Below are positions 11,049 through 24,764 of a stretch of DNA of 64,000 nt, one piece after another. This DNA is from Octopus bimaculoides (taxonomy: Eukaryota): assembly GCF_001194135.2 (NCBI RefSeq), contig NC_068994.1, positions 58,785,103-58,849,102 of the forward strand, in the 5' to 3' direction. The notes beneath the pieces are model-generated. The model was not told where the DNA came from and ran no database searches. It worked only from the letters and a program-made list of their open reading frames with translations. Position 1 is the stretch's first letter, and each line of letters begins with the position of its first letter. The position numbers and the translations under genes are program-made.

Positions 11049-12394
11049 NNNNNNNNNNNNNNNNNNNNNNNNNNNNNNNNNNNNNNNNNNNNNNNNNNNN
11101 NNNNNNNNNNNNNNNNNNNNNNNNNNNNNNNNNNNNNNNNNNNNNNNNNNNNNNNNNNNNNNNNNNNNNNNNNNNNNNNNNNNNNNNNNNNNNNNNNNNN
11201 NNNNNNNNNNNNNNNNNNNNNNNNNNNNNNNNNNNNNNNNNNNNNNNNNNNNNNNNNNNNNNNNNNNNNNNNNNNNNNNNNNNNNNNNNNNNNNNNNNNN
11301 NNNNNNNNNNNNNNNNNNNNNNNNNNNNNNNNNNNNNNNNNNNNNNNNNNNNNNNNNNNNNNNNNNNNNNNNNNNNNNNNNNNNNNNNNNNNNNNNNNNN
11401 NNNNNNNNNNNNNNNNNNNNNNNNNNNNNNNNNNNNNNNNNNNNNNNNNNNNNNNNNNNNNNNNNNNNNNNNNNNNNNNNNNNNNNNNNNNNNNNNNNNN
11501 NNNNNNNNNNNNNNNNNNNNNNNNNNNNNNNNNNNNNNNNNNNNNNNNNNNNNNNNNNNNNNNNNNNNNNNNNNNNNNNNNNNNNNNNNNNNNNNNNNNN
11601 NNNNNNNNNNNNNNNNNNNNNNNNNNNNNNNNNNNNNNNNNNNNNNNNNNNNNNNNNNNNNNNNNNNNNNNNNNNNNNNNNNNNNNNNNNNNNNNNNNNN
11701 NNNNNNNNNNNNNNNNNNNNNNNNNNNNNNNNNNNNNNNNNNNNNNNNNNNNNNNNNNNNNNNNNNNNNNNNNNNNNNNNNNNNNNNNNNNNNNNNNNNN
11801 NNNNNNNNNNNNNNNNNNNNNNNNNNNNNNNNNNNNNNNNNNNNNNNNNNNNNNNNNNNNNNNNNNNNNNNNNNNNNNNNNNNNNNNNNNNNNNNNNNNN
11901 NNNNNNNNNNNNNNNNNNNNNNNNNNNNNNNNNNNNNNNNNNNNNNNNNNNNNNNNNNNNNNNNNNNNNNNNNNNNNNNNNNNNNNNNNNNNNNNNNNNN
12001 NNNNNNNNNNNNNNNNNNNNNNNNNNNNNNCCAAGAACCGAACTCGGGAAGTTTAATATAATACACTCCGACAAGGGGGTTGGCTCTGTTCCACAGTGAC
12101 AACAACGAGACAAGGGTACACACACACACACGCACGCATACTCACGCACTCACGCACGCACGCACGCACGCACGCGCACGCGTATTTTTGTGAATAAAAC
12201 AAGAATCGGATAAAGAAGAGGGGAAGGATAAAAAGATGTAGGGGGATGGGGGATTGAGAGACTATATAGAGTATATAGATAGAGCCACGGAAGGAATAAC
12301 TTCGATCAGGAATCAGACAGAAACGATTAAACACATGGTTAAAACAAAACAAATAGACAGGTAGATAGATCGATGGATGGATGGATGGATAGCG

Positions 12395-12452
<58 letters not shown>

Positions 12453-12790
12453 GAAATAAAGAGGAAGCTAGTGGCTGGTGGTAGCACTTTTCTAAGGCAA
12501 TTTCAACAGATGCACATTGGTGATGACACGTGACATGCAATTTCCGGTTTGATGTAGATTGAAAGAGTGATCATGTGAGAGTTTAAATGGGTTTTTCTGG
12601 TTTGATACATACACATACACACACACACATATATATACAGAGATACATCCACATAGATATACACAGATACACACACATAGAGGCACGCATATGGCTACAC
12701 ACGCACGCACATAGAATATCCATAGTAAAAATGTACAAATACACATCCACATAATTACTGAAGCACACGCACACATAGTAACGCAGAAAC

Positions 12791-12828
<38 letters not shown>

Positions 12829-13925
12829 NNNNNNNNNNNNNNNNNNNNNNNNNNNNNNNNNNNNNNNNNNNNNNNNNNNNNNNNNNNNNNNNNNNNNNNN
12901 NNNNNNNNNNNNNNNNNNNNNNNNNNNNNNNNNNNNNNNNNNNNNNNNNNNNNNNNNNNNNNNNNNNNNNNNNNNNNNNNNNNNNNNNNNNNNNNNNNNN
13001 NNNNNNNNNNNNNNNNNNNNNNNNNNNNNNNNNNNNNNNNNNNNNNNNNNNNNNNNNNNNNNNNNNNNNNNNNNNNNNNNNNNNNNNNNNNNNNNNNNNN
13101 NNNNNNNNNNNNNNNNNNNNNNNNNNNNNNNNNNNNNNNNNNNNNNNNNNNNNNNNNNNNNNNNNNNNNNNNNNNNNNNNNNNNNNNNNNNNNNNNNNNN
13201 NNNNNNNNNNNNNNNNNNNNNNNNNNNNNNNNNNNNNNNNNNNNNNNNNNNNNNNNNNNNNNNNNNNNNNNNNNNNNNNNNNNNNNNNNNNNNNNNNNNN
13301 NNNNNNNNNNNNNNNNNNNNNNNNNNNNNNNNNNNNNNNNNNNNNNNNNNNNNNNNNNNNNNNNNNNNNNNNNNNNNNNNNNNNNNNNNNNNNNNNNNNN
13401 NNNNNNNNNNNNNNNNNNNNNNNNNNNNNNNNNNNNNNNNNNNNNNNNNNNNNNNNNNNNNNNNNNNNNNNNNNNNNNNNNNNNNNNNNNNNNNNNNNNN
13501 NNNNNNNNNNNNNNNNNNNNNNNNNNNNNNNNNNNNNNNNNNNNNNNNNNNNNNNNNNNNNNNNNNNNNNNNNNNNNNNNNNNNNNNNNNNNNNNNNNNN
13601 NNNNNNNNNNNNNNNNNNNNNNNNNNNNNNNNNNNNNNNNNNNNNNNNNNNNNNNNNNNNNNNNNNNNNNNNNNNNNNNNNNNNNNNNNNNNNNNNNNNN
13701 NNNNNNNNNNNNNNNNNNNNNNNNNNNNNNNNNAACCTATTCCCTCCTTCGTAAATTAATTGGTAAAAATGAAATTGAGTATACTTATTTCTTAGTATTT
13801 GAATTATTTTAGTTATTTTCTCAATTTATCCAGTACAAGGCTTAAATAAGTTAATAGTATTCTCCTAAACAATAGATCCACTTATTTCAGTTAGTGACTT
13901 ATCCACGAATATACCAACACTAGCG

Positions 13926-14229
13926 TTGCTGAGGGTAATATTCTTTGGGAACGCACAAAAGCTTTTTTCACAGTTAATTACTTTGAATTGTTATTATCTC
14001 AATGCTCAAGTCTACTGTCAGCAATTAGAGCGTTTGAACCAAGCTTCGAAGAAAAGAAGACTCGCTTTAGTGAATCGAAAAGGAGTGATGTTTCATCAGG
14101 ACAATGCGCGACCCCACACTGCAAAGATCACATCACAGAAGATCGAAGAGCTTGGTTGGGAAAAAATTCCTCATCCACCTTATTCTCCCGACCTTGCTCC
14201 TTCAGACTATCATTTGTTTCGTAGTTTAC
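13926..14229 (+). pseudogene. Mariner (DD34D-type) transposase catalytic-domain remnant
   Basis: Translation LNCYYLNAQVYCQQLERL...NRKGVMFHQDNARPHTAKITSQKIEELGWEKIPHPPYSPDLAPSDYHLFRSL contains the hallmark mariner motifs QDNARPH and HPPYSPDLAPSDYHLF. Confidence 0.95.
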
Positions 14230-14470
14230 GGTTGCCACGGAAACAGTACGTTAATGGTAAAATTTGCAAATAAGTTGTGGCATCGATATCTCCGTAACCG
14301 ACGGTAAGATTTTACTCAAATTTGTTTTAACTGAAAGATCTTTGGCAGGTCTATGGAATGCCATTGAATTTATAAATAGACTTAGGACAGGGGTTAGATT
14401 GATAGTATCACTGACCTTGTCTGATAACTTCTTGTAAGAAAGTGGCCTAAGATAAAGAACATTCGCATGA

Positions 14471-14700
14471 CTTGGTACTCCTTAATTCCAATTGCATTGG
14501 CATTTCTTTTTCGATTGTCTGACTTTACCTCGTTCCACATCCACCTCCACACTCGCCGCCAAAATAGCTGAAATAACCCAACAGATGGAACCAGTAGGTG
14601 GACTCCCATAAGGTGCACATACCGGTTACAACTGTTGTGTCATGCAATGTGTTGCTGAATACTGAAACATATGTAACAATCGGAATAAAGGAGTACGAAG
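14471..14700. repeat. Foldback/MITE-like unit with 24-bp imperfect inverted arms
   Basis: CTTGGTACTCCTTAATTCCAATTG (14471-14494) versus reverse complement of 14677-14700, CTTCGTACTCCTTTATTCCGATTG: 21/24 identical. Confidence 0.5.
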
Positions 14701-15374
14701 TGGAAAGTTATTGCTATTATTTATTCACCATTACACGTGTTTCATTTGCTAAAAGGAGTTACAACGTTTTACTTGTTAGATAGACATGACAGGAATGTCC
14801 TATTAAAAATTCTTCAGACAGAGAAATTAAATAATAATAATGTATTTTTTAATTTCTCTTTCCCCACNNNNNNNNNNNNNNNNNNNNNNNNNNNNNNNNN
14901 NNNNNNNNNNNNNNNNNNNNNNNNNNNNNNNNNNNNNNNNNNNNNNNNNNNNNNNNNNNNNNNNNNNNNNNNNNNNNNNNNNNNNNNNNNNNNNNNNNNN
15001 NNNNNNNNNNNNNNNNNNNNNNNNNNNNNNNNNNNNNNNNNNNNNNNNNNNNNNNNNNNNNNNNNNNNNNNNNNNNNNNNNNNNNNNNNNNNNNNNNNNN
15101 NNNNNNNNNNNNNNNNNNNNNNNNNNNNNNNNNNNNNNNNNNNNNNNNNNNNNNNNNNNNNNNNNNNNNNNNNNNNNNNNNNNNNNNNNNNNNNNNNNNN
15201 NNNNNNNNNNNTCTACATTATTTCCTCCTCCCGCCACTCAGTTTCCCCAGTTTCCCGTTTTGTTGCTCCTTATAGCAAAATTATCTCGTTTTTACGTATT
15301 CATAGCTGTCATTTACGTCAACTTTATGCACACGCACACACACACACACACGCATACACACACACACGCACACG

Positions 15375-15423
<49 letters not shown>

Positions 15424-15671
15424 GTGTGTGTTTGCGTGTGTGCGTGTGTGTGTGTGTGTGCGTGTGTGCGTGTGTGTGTGCGTGTGTGTGTGTGCGTGTG
15501 TGTGTGTGCGTGTGTGTGTGCGTGTGTGTGTGCGTGTGTGTGTGCGTGTGTGCGTGTGTGTGTGTATATATCTATATCTATATACATTTATATATATTTA
15601 TATACGCACATATAAATATATATACTTTATATATGTATACATATACATATATATATATATATGTATACATA

Positions 15672-15711
<40 letters not shown>

Positions 15712-15843
15712 CATACATATATATATATATATATATATGTATATTACACTCACAGTGTATGTGCGTGCGTGTATTAATTTTCGTTTTAGATATATAATTG
15801 GTTTATTTGTCCATGTGTATCCTCTATGTTTCTTCATTCTCAC

Positions 15844-15903
15844 CTCTTTCCTCATTAGATTGAACCAGTTTGTGAAGTAAACGAAATAGGGGCAGCCCCC
15901 ATC
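15844..15903 (-). CDS. Candidate 60-nt exon of an unidentified gene ([20 protein letters not shown] or [19 protein letters not shown])
   Basis: Sequence: acceptor TTGTTTGTTATTCAG|G, donor GAG|GTGAGA, length a multiple of 3, two open frames, non-repetitive composition. No homolog recognised. Confidence 0.4.
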
Positions 15904-16347
15904 CTGAATAACAAACAATATATATTAAAAAACAAAACACACGGTAATAGAAAGGAGAGTTTGTGGTGAGCACTTTTGAGTATCGGAAGGAGAAGAAGGG
16001 GAGAGAGAGAGTTGGTTTCTTTTCGAGCAATGTCGAACTGCGACTTCATCCTTGATGTCGATTATCGCGTTAATGGAACAGGAAGGCATGGTTGCGATGT
16101 CAACATTTGAAGACCGCGTTGGTGAGCGGTGGCGGGTGGAGGCGAGCGATGGCGAGCGTTGACGGGTGATGGCGGTATCGGACGGCGTAATGTAAGGAAA
16201 ACAGTATCATTTAAAAAAGCTGACGAAAGTGATTCCTCCATACAAGACGGGCAACCCCTTATACGTACATAGTTTTCTCTCCTCAGCTCATTCACTCATT
16301 TAGTTATTCTCTTTTCTTCCTCTGTATCTTTACACACNNNNNNNNNN

Positions 16348-16386
<39 letters not shown>

Positions 16387-16429
16387 TGTGTATGTGTGTG
16401 TATAATTATGTGTGTCCGTCTTTGTGTCT

Positions 16430-16535
16430 GTGTTTGCCCAGCACCATCGCTTGACAACTGGTATTGGTGTGTTTTCGTCCCTGCACTTGGCGGTTCGGCA
16501 AAAGCCACTGATACAATAAACACCATGCTTAAAAA
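16430..16535 (+). mobile_element. SINE family B, 3' half fragment
   Basis: CCATCGCTTGACAAC.GGTATTGGTGTGTTT.CGTCCC...CGGTTCGGCAAAA matches the reverse complement of the full-length copy at 31130-31513. Confidence 0.75.
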
Positions 16536-16591
16536 AAAAGAACCATAAGTAGTGAGGTAGATTCATTCGAGTAGAAGTTCTTCAAGGCGCT

Positions 16592-16635
16592 ACCCTAGCA
16601 TCTCCGTGACCCTAGCATCTCCGTGACCCTAGCAT
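16592..16635. repeat. 17-bp tandem repeat ACCCTAGCATCTCCGTG x2.6
   Basis: Directly visible. Confidence 0.9.
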
Positions 16636-17429
16636 TTAAAAAAGTGTTCATGCTCACTTGCGCGTGCACGCACAAAGTGCTAAGAGACATGTTAACACTG
16701 AACATAAGTGCAGATGCAAACACATATTCGCCCCTTTATTATAATTTTCTTGATCATTTTTTAGTTTATTGTGCTTCGGTGCAGCTAGACAATAACGATT
16801 TACCAAATACTCATATTGGATTAACTGAGAATTCTTTGCAGACACGTTCTTATCAATCTGTTCATTCATGGAAGAATCCAGAAAAGAAATTCGTAACAAG
16901 CTTATTTGAAGTGTATTTGTTTTTTAAAAGACAAAAGTCTGTTTAAAATCAAATGGCCTACTGTTTAATATGCTTCTCATAATTTGCGATATACAATGAC
17001 TTCATGAAAAGTTATTTCATTTTATGATATTACTTGTATATACTTTTCGTTCTTAAACATTCGCTATTAAGGGGGCAATTAGTGGCTATTCTACATTTAC
17101 AGTTTAGTGAAACGCTTATTTGAAATTGCAGAGAACAAGTTTGGTTTTCATCTTTCTGCTCTATGTATTACACGACCAGGCATTAGAGAACGTAAAGTTT
17201 TATTTTTAGTTGTATTATTAGATTGACTCATTTTCAGTAGTTTTATCATTGTAGTTCCTTATTCCAACAGAGAATTTCTTTCCAATCTGGCGTGACCTAT
17301 TAAATTTGTGTTTATAATAGTCCTGCTACTGGTAGTCTATGGTCAGGGAAAGAACTTTGGTCCTTTTAAACGCACGCACGCGCACGCGCACACGCACGCA
17401 CGCACGCACGCACGCACATATGCAAGAGA

Positions 17430-17660
17430 CAGAAGTAGCAATGGTGTTCTTTCTGCAGGAGATTTACGAACTGTTTATAGTAGAATGGAACGGACGACAT
17501 AATATTCAAGGGAAAGTTCCATAATTGTGGTCCTGGATCTGTCTGTATGGAGAAGTCATAGACTGCGCCGTTAAAACAACTCCACAAATGAATATCGAGA
17601 AATTGGAAGAGTACCATGGGGGAACATTGAGCACATAACAAACGCCGACCACTGTAGCTT
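17430..17660 (-). pseudogene. Possible highly decayed Tc1/mariner transposase C-terminus
   Basis: Translation CSPMVLFQFLDIHLWSCFNGAVY loosely resembles SPDL.PLDF.LW..LK..VY. Weak. Confidence 0.3.
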
Positions 17661-17963
17661 CAGGTTCAGCATTGACTGAACTGTCCAGGCATTCCAGTGA
17701 AAGACAACTCGTTTTGAATAAGGAACTGAGCTAGAAATTCTTTAAAAAAAATCTCCCTTCCCATTATGCTAAGGCTATGGCCATTTTGGACGGTGGCTCT
17801 CAGCCGGAATCCATACGGTCCTTAGCGTTCATATAAGATTTTTTGTTAATTTTTATCTGCAATGTCAGAAGTTTCTTACCTCAATGGTTAGAGCGCTCAG
17901 CCGGAATTTGAGTGGCACAGGGTTGGATTTCCTGTGGAAACATGCTGGCCACTTTTTTTTTTT

Positions 17964-18150
17964 AAGACGGCGAGTTGGCCGAATCGTTAGCAGAACGGAT
18001 AAAGTACTTAGCAGTATTTCGTCCGTCTTTACGTTCTGAGTTCAGATTCTACTAAGATCGACCTCCCCTTTCACCCTTTTGGGGTCGATGTAATCGACTT
18101 ACCCCTCCTTCGAAATTGCTGGCCTTGTACCAAAATTTGAAACCAATATT
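17964..18150 (+). mobile_element. SINE family A copy (internal deletion)
   Basis: AAGACGGCGAGTTGGCCGAATCGTTAG...TTTACGTTCTGAGTTCAGATTC...GAAATTGCTGGCCTTGTACCAAAATTTGAAACC. Confidence 0.9.
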
Positions 18151-18232
18151 TATCGGCAATAAATTGGTTATATATTTCTACAGTACACAAAATATTTTAA
18201 CAATATTCTATACAATTCCTGATATTAAATAG

Positions 18233-18619
18233 CAGTAGAACCTTGCAGTACGAGTGCCTCATTTTACAAGTAATTTTCTGCACGAGCCGAGACTCGTGCG
18301 AATTTTTGTCTTGAAGTACGAGCGGAAATCTGCAGTACAAGCACACAAATCGTTCCATCTCTAAGGTAATTCAGTTAATAAAACCAGTTTACATATTTTT
18401 TTTGCCTTCTCTTTTTTATAATTATCATTTTACTTGTAACTACACCTTTTCTGTTTTAAAACCCGTAAAAAAAATTATTTTTGAGTGGTTTTGTGGGGCT
18501 GGAACGGATTAATTATATTTTAGTTAATTTCAATGGAGAAAATTGATTTGTAAAACGAGTAACTCGTAAGACGAACTCGGTCATGGAACGAATTAAACTC
18601 GTACTGCGAGGTATCATTG
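18233..18619. mobile_element. pogo/Tigger-like non-autonomous DNA transposon (MITE)
   Basis: TIRs CAGTAGAACCTTGCAGTACGAGT and (reverse complement) CAATGATACCTCGCAGTACGAGT; TA at the right end. Confidence 0.8.
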
Positions 18620-20608
18620 TATATAGATATAATGGGATTTTTAAAACGTGGAATGGCTGTACGGGTTAATACGAGTAAAATAGGAAGGAGTCCTTAAGTA
18701 TAAAATGGGCGAGAATCGCTTAGAACTTGGTCTCCGTTGGAGAACATAAAAACTGATATTCTTGACAGTGAAATGGAATGAATTTATAGGAGAATTGAAG
18801 CCATGTCGTGATGAATGTGTAACGGCCATGTACTTCTTGTTGTTGTTGTTGTACGGTATTCATGAAGCGTTGAAGAGAGGAAAATGAAGAAACAAAGGGA
18901 AACATAATAGAGAAGGAGAATGGAAGAACGAGAAGGGAATAGATGTGAAGAAAGGATAAAAGACAGAGAGACATATATATAACGAGAGAGAGTGAGAGAG
19001 AGGGAGACAGATAAGGAGAGGGAGATTACGTGTAGATGTATGTCGATGTTTGTAAATACATGGATGTATGGAGAGAGAGAGAAAGTAAGAGTGTTTGAAT
19101 GGTTGTGTATGTATGTGTCTGTCTAGGTCTGTGTATGCGCGTGCTAACGAGAGAACGTAAGCGCGCACACGTGTGTGTTTGTATGTGTGTGTTCATGTGC
19201 ACGCATGTGTATGTGTGTAGCGGAGAGAAAGGCTTTAAATGATCCTAAGTGTTTTCGTCTTTATTAAAACCTGATTATATTAAATGGATGAGCAGACGAC
19301 AGCCAGATTGAAGAAAACAGACGAAATGTAAATGGTGTCGTCTGTCATATCTTTTTTCTAAATGATATTATAATGGCTATAATGAGACGAAAATATCAAA
19401 TACACAACATTAAACCGCAAAATGGATTTGACAAAAAGTTGGATTAGCTTACAAACTGTTTTTTTTTCTCTCTTAAGTCTTGCTTCCGCTGGCAGATTCT
19501 TCTTATTACCTTATTGCCCATGGTTCATTTACCGCTGTCTGCCTGTCTGTCTCTGTTTTCCCCTCTCTTTCCTTCTTTCTCTCCTTCTTCCTCTGATTTT
19601 TCTGCCTTTCTATATTTCCTTAAATCTCGCTCTGGTTCTCTCTTACATACGTAGCATACATACATACATACATACATGCATACATACATACATACATACA
19701 TACATACGTGCATACATGAGAATACATACATAAAACATACAAATCTGCATATACATACATACAAAAATACCCTGGATCTAGGTTAGAAATCGCTTCTTTC
19801 TCTATTAGCAAGACATCTTGAAATAAACAAAATAACGACATACATACATACATATTTGCATGTACGCATATATATTGTATATTATTCTGCTATATCACCA
19901 TGTTTACAGATGTCGATAGTTTTTGCGACAATGGTTGAATAAGAACAACACTTATAATTTTGACACAAGACTTGCAATTTTAGTGGTAAGAGTTTGTCGA
20001 ATTCGTAAAATATATTATTTCTTCTTCGCTCGCTCAACACACACATGCACGCACGCACGAGCGCGCGCATACACACCTGCGTATGCGCGAATGTAGTGTG
20101 TATGCATGCATGTGTGTGTATATATCATGCGTATGTATATATGCATGTATGTATGCATGTGTATTTATGCATGTGTGTATGTATGTATGTATGTATGTAT
20201 ATATGTGTGTGTGTGTGTATGTATTTATGTGTATGTATGTGTATGTGTGTATGTATATGTGTGTATGTACGTGTGTTTGTGTGTGTATGTATGTGTGTGG
20301 TGTGTGTGTGTGTATGTATGTAATCTGTCTGGTCGATTCGAGCCACCCCATGATCACCAAACCTACCCATAATCCCTTTCTCATTGTGTGGTCAGCAGAG
20401 ATATCCGGCCAATGTGGATAGCATTTTTAGTGGCAAATGGACATAATGGTTACGTAGCGGATAAACGATATGAAATGGTATGAGAGGGGTGAGGGTGATG
20501 ATGGCGGATGGTTACGAGGTGGACGGGGAAGGAATAACGAGGAGTGTGGGGCAGGGCGAATGAGCTGCTGAAAGCAAGAATTATGGTAATTGTGATGATG
20601 GTGATGAC

Positions 20609-20644
<36 letters not shown>

Positions 20645-21006
20645 ATTGACGATATTGCCGATGATGATGATGAGGAGGAGGAAGACATTGGTGCACTCAT
20701 AAGTATTACATACACAAACAATACCAACTCACCAATACACACACATGCGCACAGAAACACATGCAAACTCACCGTGGAGGCCAATGACTGGCTCTGGACC
20801 TCCGCATCAATAAACTCTCACACACAGAAACTACCGTTTGTACCACAAGGATAGACTGGCAGTTATACAGAGTCATACACACACGGATATGTATGTACGT
20901 AGTATTTATGCAACTATGCAACAATATATGTATATACATACAGATATAGATATTTTATGTACATATATTTATGCGTATAATACACAAACTCATATATATT
21001 TATGCT

Positions 21007-21185
21007 TATCTATCTATCTCTATCTCTCTCTCTCTCTCTATCTATCTCTCTCTCTATCTATCTCTCTCTCTATCTCTCTATCTATCTATCTCTCTATCTA
21101 TCTATCTCTCTATCTATCTCTCTATCTATCTCTCTATCTATTTATCTATCTATTTATCTATCTATCTATGTATATCTCTCTCTCA
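21007..21185. repeat. (TCTA)n/(TC)n compound microsatellite
   Basis: Directly visible. Confidence 0.95.
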
Positions 21186-21919
21186 CACACACACATACGA
21201 TATGGATATAGACATATACGTAAATGTGTGTGTGTGTGTGTGTGCGTGTGCAGAGAGATAGAGAGAAGTAGAGGGAGATCTATTGTCAGGATGGTTTTTC
21301 GAGGTTACAATCGCTTAAACAAGCCAACAGCCAACAGCTATGCCTGAACCGGAAGAAAAACACTAAACTTCCGCCAAAGAGGTGATCACGTGAGATGGCC
21401 ATTGAAAGTTAACGACCCGCTCTTAATACACCGCGACCCTAAAAATGTGACTTCCATTGCAGGGAGCTTTAATATTGATTTCTTTTAGTTATTTCTTTAG
21501 ATTACATTTTAGTTTTTTCTTCTTTCTTTCTCCCACCGCATTGATGTTGTTGTCATTGTTGTTGTTGTTGTTGATGCTATTCGCGGATTGAAAAAGATTG
21601 CGAAAAGAGAAAGGTGAGATAGACGCCGAGAGAGGGAAATAAATAAAATGCAAAGAGAAAAACTAAAAGACTTAAAAAAAAAAAAGGAGAAAAAACATTG
21701 AAATGAGAAATATTCTGATGAAAATATAAACGAATATCAAGGAAAACAAAAGAAAACAAGAGAGAAACTTCGAAAAAGGATGAAGTAAAAAAATGATTGA
21801 AAGCAAAGGTAAAATATTGAAAGAAAATGGAGAAGGAAAAAAAACACAGTAAATAGGAACCGGTATAATGTCGTAAATGAAGTGCTGGGGAATGAAGTAA
21901 GGTGTGAGATTTTAAGATA

Positions 21920-22100
21920 CAAGATGTAAGTCGTCGTTATTCAGCCCCAGGTCGGTAGTGATCCAGTAGACATGTAATTTAAGGTAATCCAATCGTGACC
22001 ATCCCACCTTTTTAAGATTGTTCCAGTGACTACATTACTTCATTTGTCCTTCCCTCGCTTGAAAGATTTGGAGATTTGGCTGCCAGATTCTAGTTGTGAG
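21920..22100 (+). repeat. Old interspersed repeat family E (related copies at 22870-23060, 34730-34790, 45720-45880)
   Basis: Shared degenerate blocks GACTA.ATTA..., GGGTGTGATTTGA..GAGA.TT.GCT...TCTAGCAGGT.. across the four loci. Confidence 0.45.
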
Positions 22101-22579
22101 GCTGTAATATTATAGTATTTATTACCCCTAAGTTGTTTTTTAGCCCCATGTCCATCCCATCTCAACATACTTCAAAGCAACATGGCCACCGGCTTCGTAA
22201 TATCCCATCCCGAACATTCAACAGTAAGAGAACATAAACATAACTCAAATCGAAACAGCATCAGTTCGCCAGACTCCCTTTAATCATGAGAAGCACACAA
22301 CTAGATCCACACAATCGTTCTAAATGTTGGAAATATCTCAAGAAGCTCCCCTTAATATAGATGCCACCGCATCCTATCGGAAGTTTAAATACTTCATCCC
22401 CCAATATTTACTGATAGTCAAAGAATTCTCTCGCATCTGAAATGGTGCTGCTGTTGAGGGAACAGATTCTTGGACCAGACCTAGAAAGGGCCAACCGACT
22501 GAAAGTCATCTTTAGAAAAGTTCCAGTTTGTCACTTACAGGTCTCCTCTCTCTCTGCTTTTTTCTCTTTCTTCTTTAAT

Positions 22580-22790
22580 GGCCTCTGTTCCTTGAAGTAG
22601 GCTCATGCCATCTCTTGTCAAGCATTTCTTGATCCACTCGTCTCTTCTCATCTCAACCTCTTGGTGTTCATGTCACGATTCCTATCACCGATCGCTACCG
22701 CCATTCTTTCCTTCTCAATTCCCTCCCAACTCATTTTGGCAAATGTTGATTTACAAAGTCGGACCACGACTTTGAGTAGCACTGCCGTAG
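22580..22790 (+). mobile_element. Degenerate CR1/L2-like LINE ORF2 C-terminal fragment
   Basis: Translation STRLFSSQPLGVHVTIPITDRYRHSFLLNSLPTHF resembles the LINE tail TR...HP..V....RT..Y..SF...WNSLP and the fragment at 28130-28500. Confidence 0.45.
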
Positions 22791-24666
22791 GTTATGATGT
22801 GAAAGAGATTTGGCTGGTATTTCTGACATATCGAGTGTTAAGGTTCACTTATTGACTTTGTAAATGTTTTGCACCAGAGGTCGTTTAACCGGAAGTCAAT
22901 CTTGATTCGGGGAAACTTCTGATCAAAGACGTTCCAGTCACACTTTGTCATTGTAAGGGTTTGTAGGACTATATTATGTCACGTGACTTTTCTTTATTTA
23001 AGCTGGAAGGGTGTGATTTGAAAGAGAATTAGCTATGATTAGCAGGTTGACAATCCCTCCAAACAAAATGGCATGAAATAGATATCTAAAAATGAAAATA
23101 GCGAAATATAATTATATAAAAAAAAACACAAATAAATTATTGGATTCTTTACCTAGGTTTGGGTTCGCATCAATATGTTATAGTGATTCGTATCATAAAA
23201 TTTATCGTTTCTCATTTTGATACAATGAAACATTAGATACAGGTTAATACAGTTTCTCTAAAAATTCATTGTTCCAGAGAACAGCTCTGGAACACCGAGA
23301 GACGTTGGTCAATGTCGTTTCATTTGCATTAATGTTAGGTACCAAATCATATAAATGGCTGATGGATGTTTAAAGAAATATCTAAAGGTATTAACTATTC
23401 TGAGATAAGCATCCACTGTTATACGTAAGCCTATTTCACTGAACAGTTTCATTCGATTTTCCCTAAATCTCTCTTGTACATATGCTCTCATATATTGTGA
23501 GATTAACAGTCCATCGTTACTCTAAATTCCGCATATTACTGCAGGAAGTTCTTCTCTACAAAATGCTTGGATGGACATTGTTGTTATTTCCCAAAATTGA
23601 GATCCTTCATAGAGTTCCCTAGAAACGTCAAGTAAGTCGGGTTTTTTTTATCCCGGTACTATATAATCACTTTAAAAGTAGGGGTTTTCTGACATGCGCA
23701 TATATTTGTTAATTGATACGATGTTATTTATGAAAACCAAAGCTCTGGAAAGAAAGAGTTAAGTGATACAGTATCAAATTGACTAAGTATAACTCTGTCA
23801 CGAACTCACCAAATCATTCGAATTTTTCTCTTGATCAAGAAAGCGAGGAAGATCGTATTTTTCGTCTTAATTTTTTTATCTAAAGAGTAAACATCTTTTG
23901 AATTTACTTTTTAACTATTTCTAAGATTAGGTGTTGCATACTTTATCATAAATATCAAAGGTTGTGGTAATTTCTTCGTTTTATTGAAAAGGTGTAAGCA
24001 GACTCAAAATTTCTTTAGGGTTAGTGGCATTATCGGATATATTCTGTTATACGTGTCATGTCTGTATAAGCTATTTTTTTCTGTTTGCTTGTTTTAGAAA
24101 ACATCTCTTCTCAGAATCGCGTCAACTCACGTTTTAACGAGATTTGGAAGCTGTTGCAGACTTTCCTGAATCTGACTCATTTTATAAAAGCAACAAAAAA
24201 AAAAAAAGAAAAATCGATTCAAATTATTCTTAGTCTCTGTAAGATGGTGGATCTTTTCACGTTCTAAATCCGAAATTATTATCTTCATAATTTCCAGATT
24301 ATCAAAGAAATAGAAATAACGCCGGCGTTACAATCTTCTTATGAAGTCTTCGATATTCACTAGCAGACATTTTAGATAATAGTTCCGAGATGGAACAGAG
24401 ATGTTCCCGATGGAAAATCTAACGGGTATTGTTCCATTGATTTAATCCGCCTGTATGATGTGTTTCACTTGTGGAAATATGTGTTTGCATGTATGTATGT
24501 ATGTATGTATATATGCAGGGATGTATGTATGTATGTATGTATGTATGTATGTATGTATGTATGTAGACAGTTATGCATGTATATGCGTGCATACATGCCT
24601 GTGCGTATGTATGCGTGTATGCGTGAATGCATGCATGTGTGTGTGTATGTATGCATGCATACATGC

Positions 24667-24697
<31 letters not shown>

Positions 24698-24727
24698 CAC
24701 ACTTCTTGATTCTCGATCACACTGCAG

Positions 24728-24764
<37 letters not shown>

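Noticed and set aside
22978-22987. Perfect CLEAR/USF E-box GTCACGTGAC
   Set aside because: Sits inside an old interspersed repeat (family E) and is a single short motif.
23545-23631. Plus-strand exon candidate KFFSTKCLDGHCCYFPKLRSFIEFPRNV
   Set aside because: Weak polypyrimidine tract, no homology, does not chain in phase with neighbouring candidates; consistent with chance.
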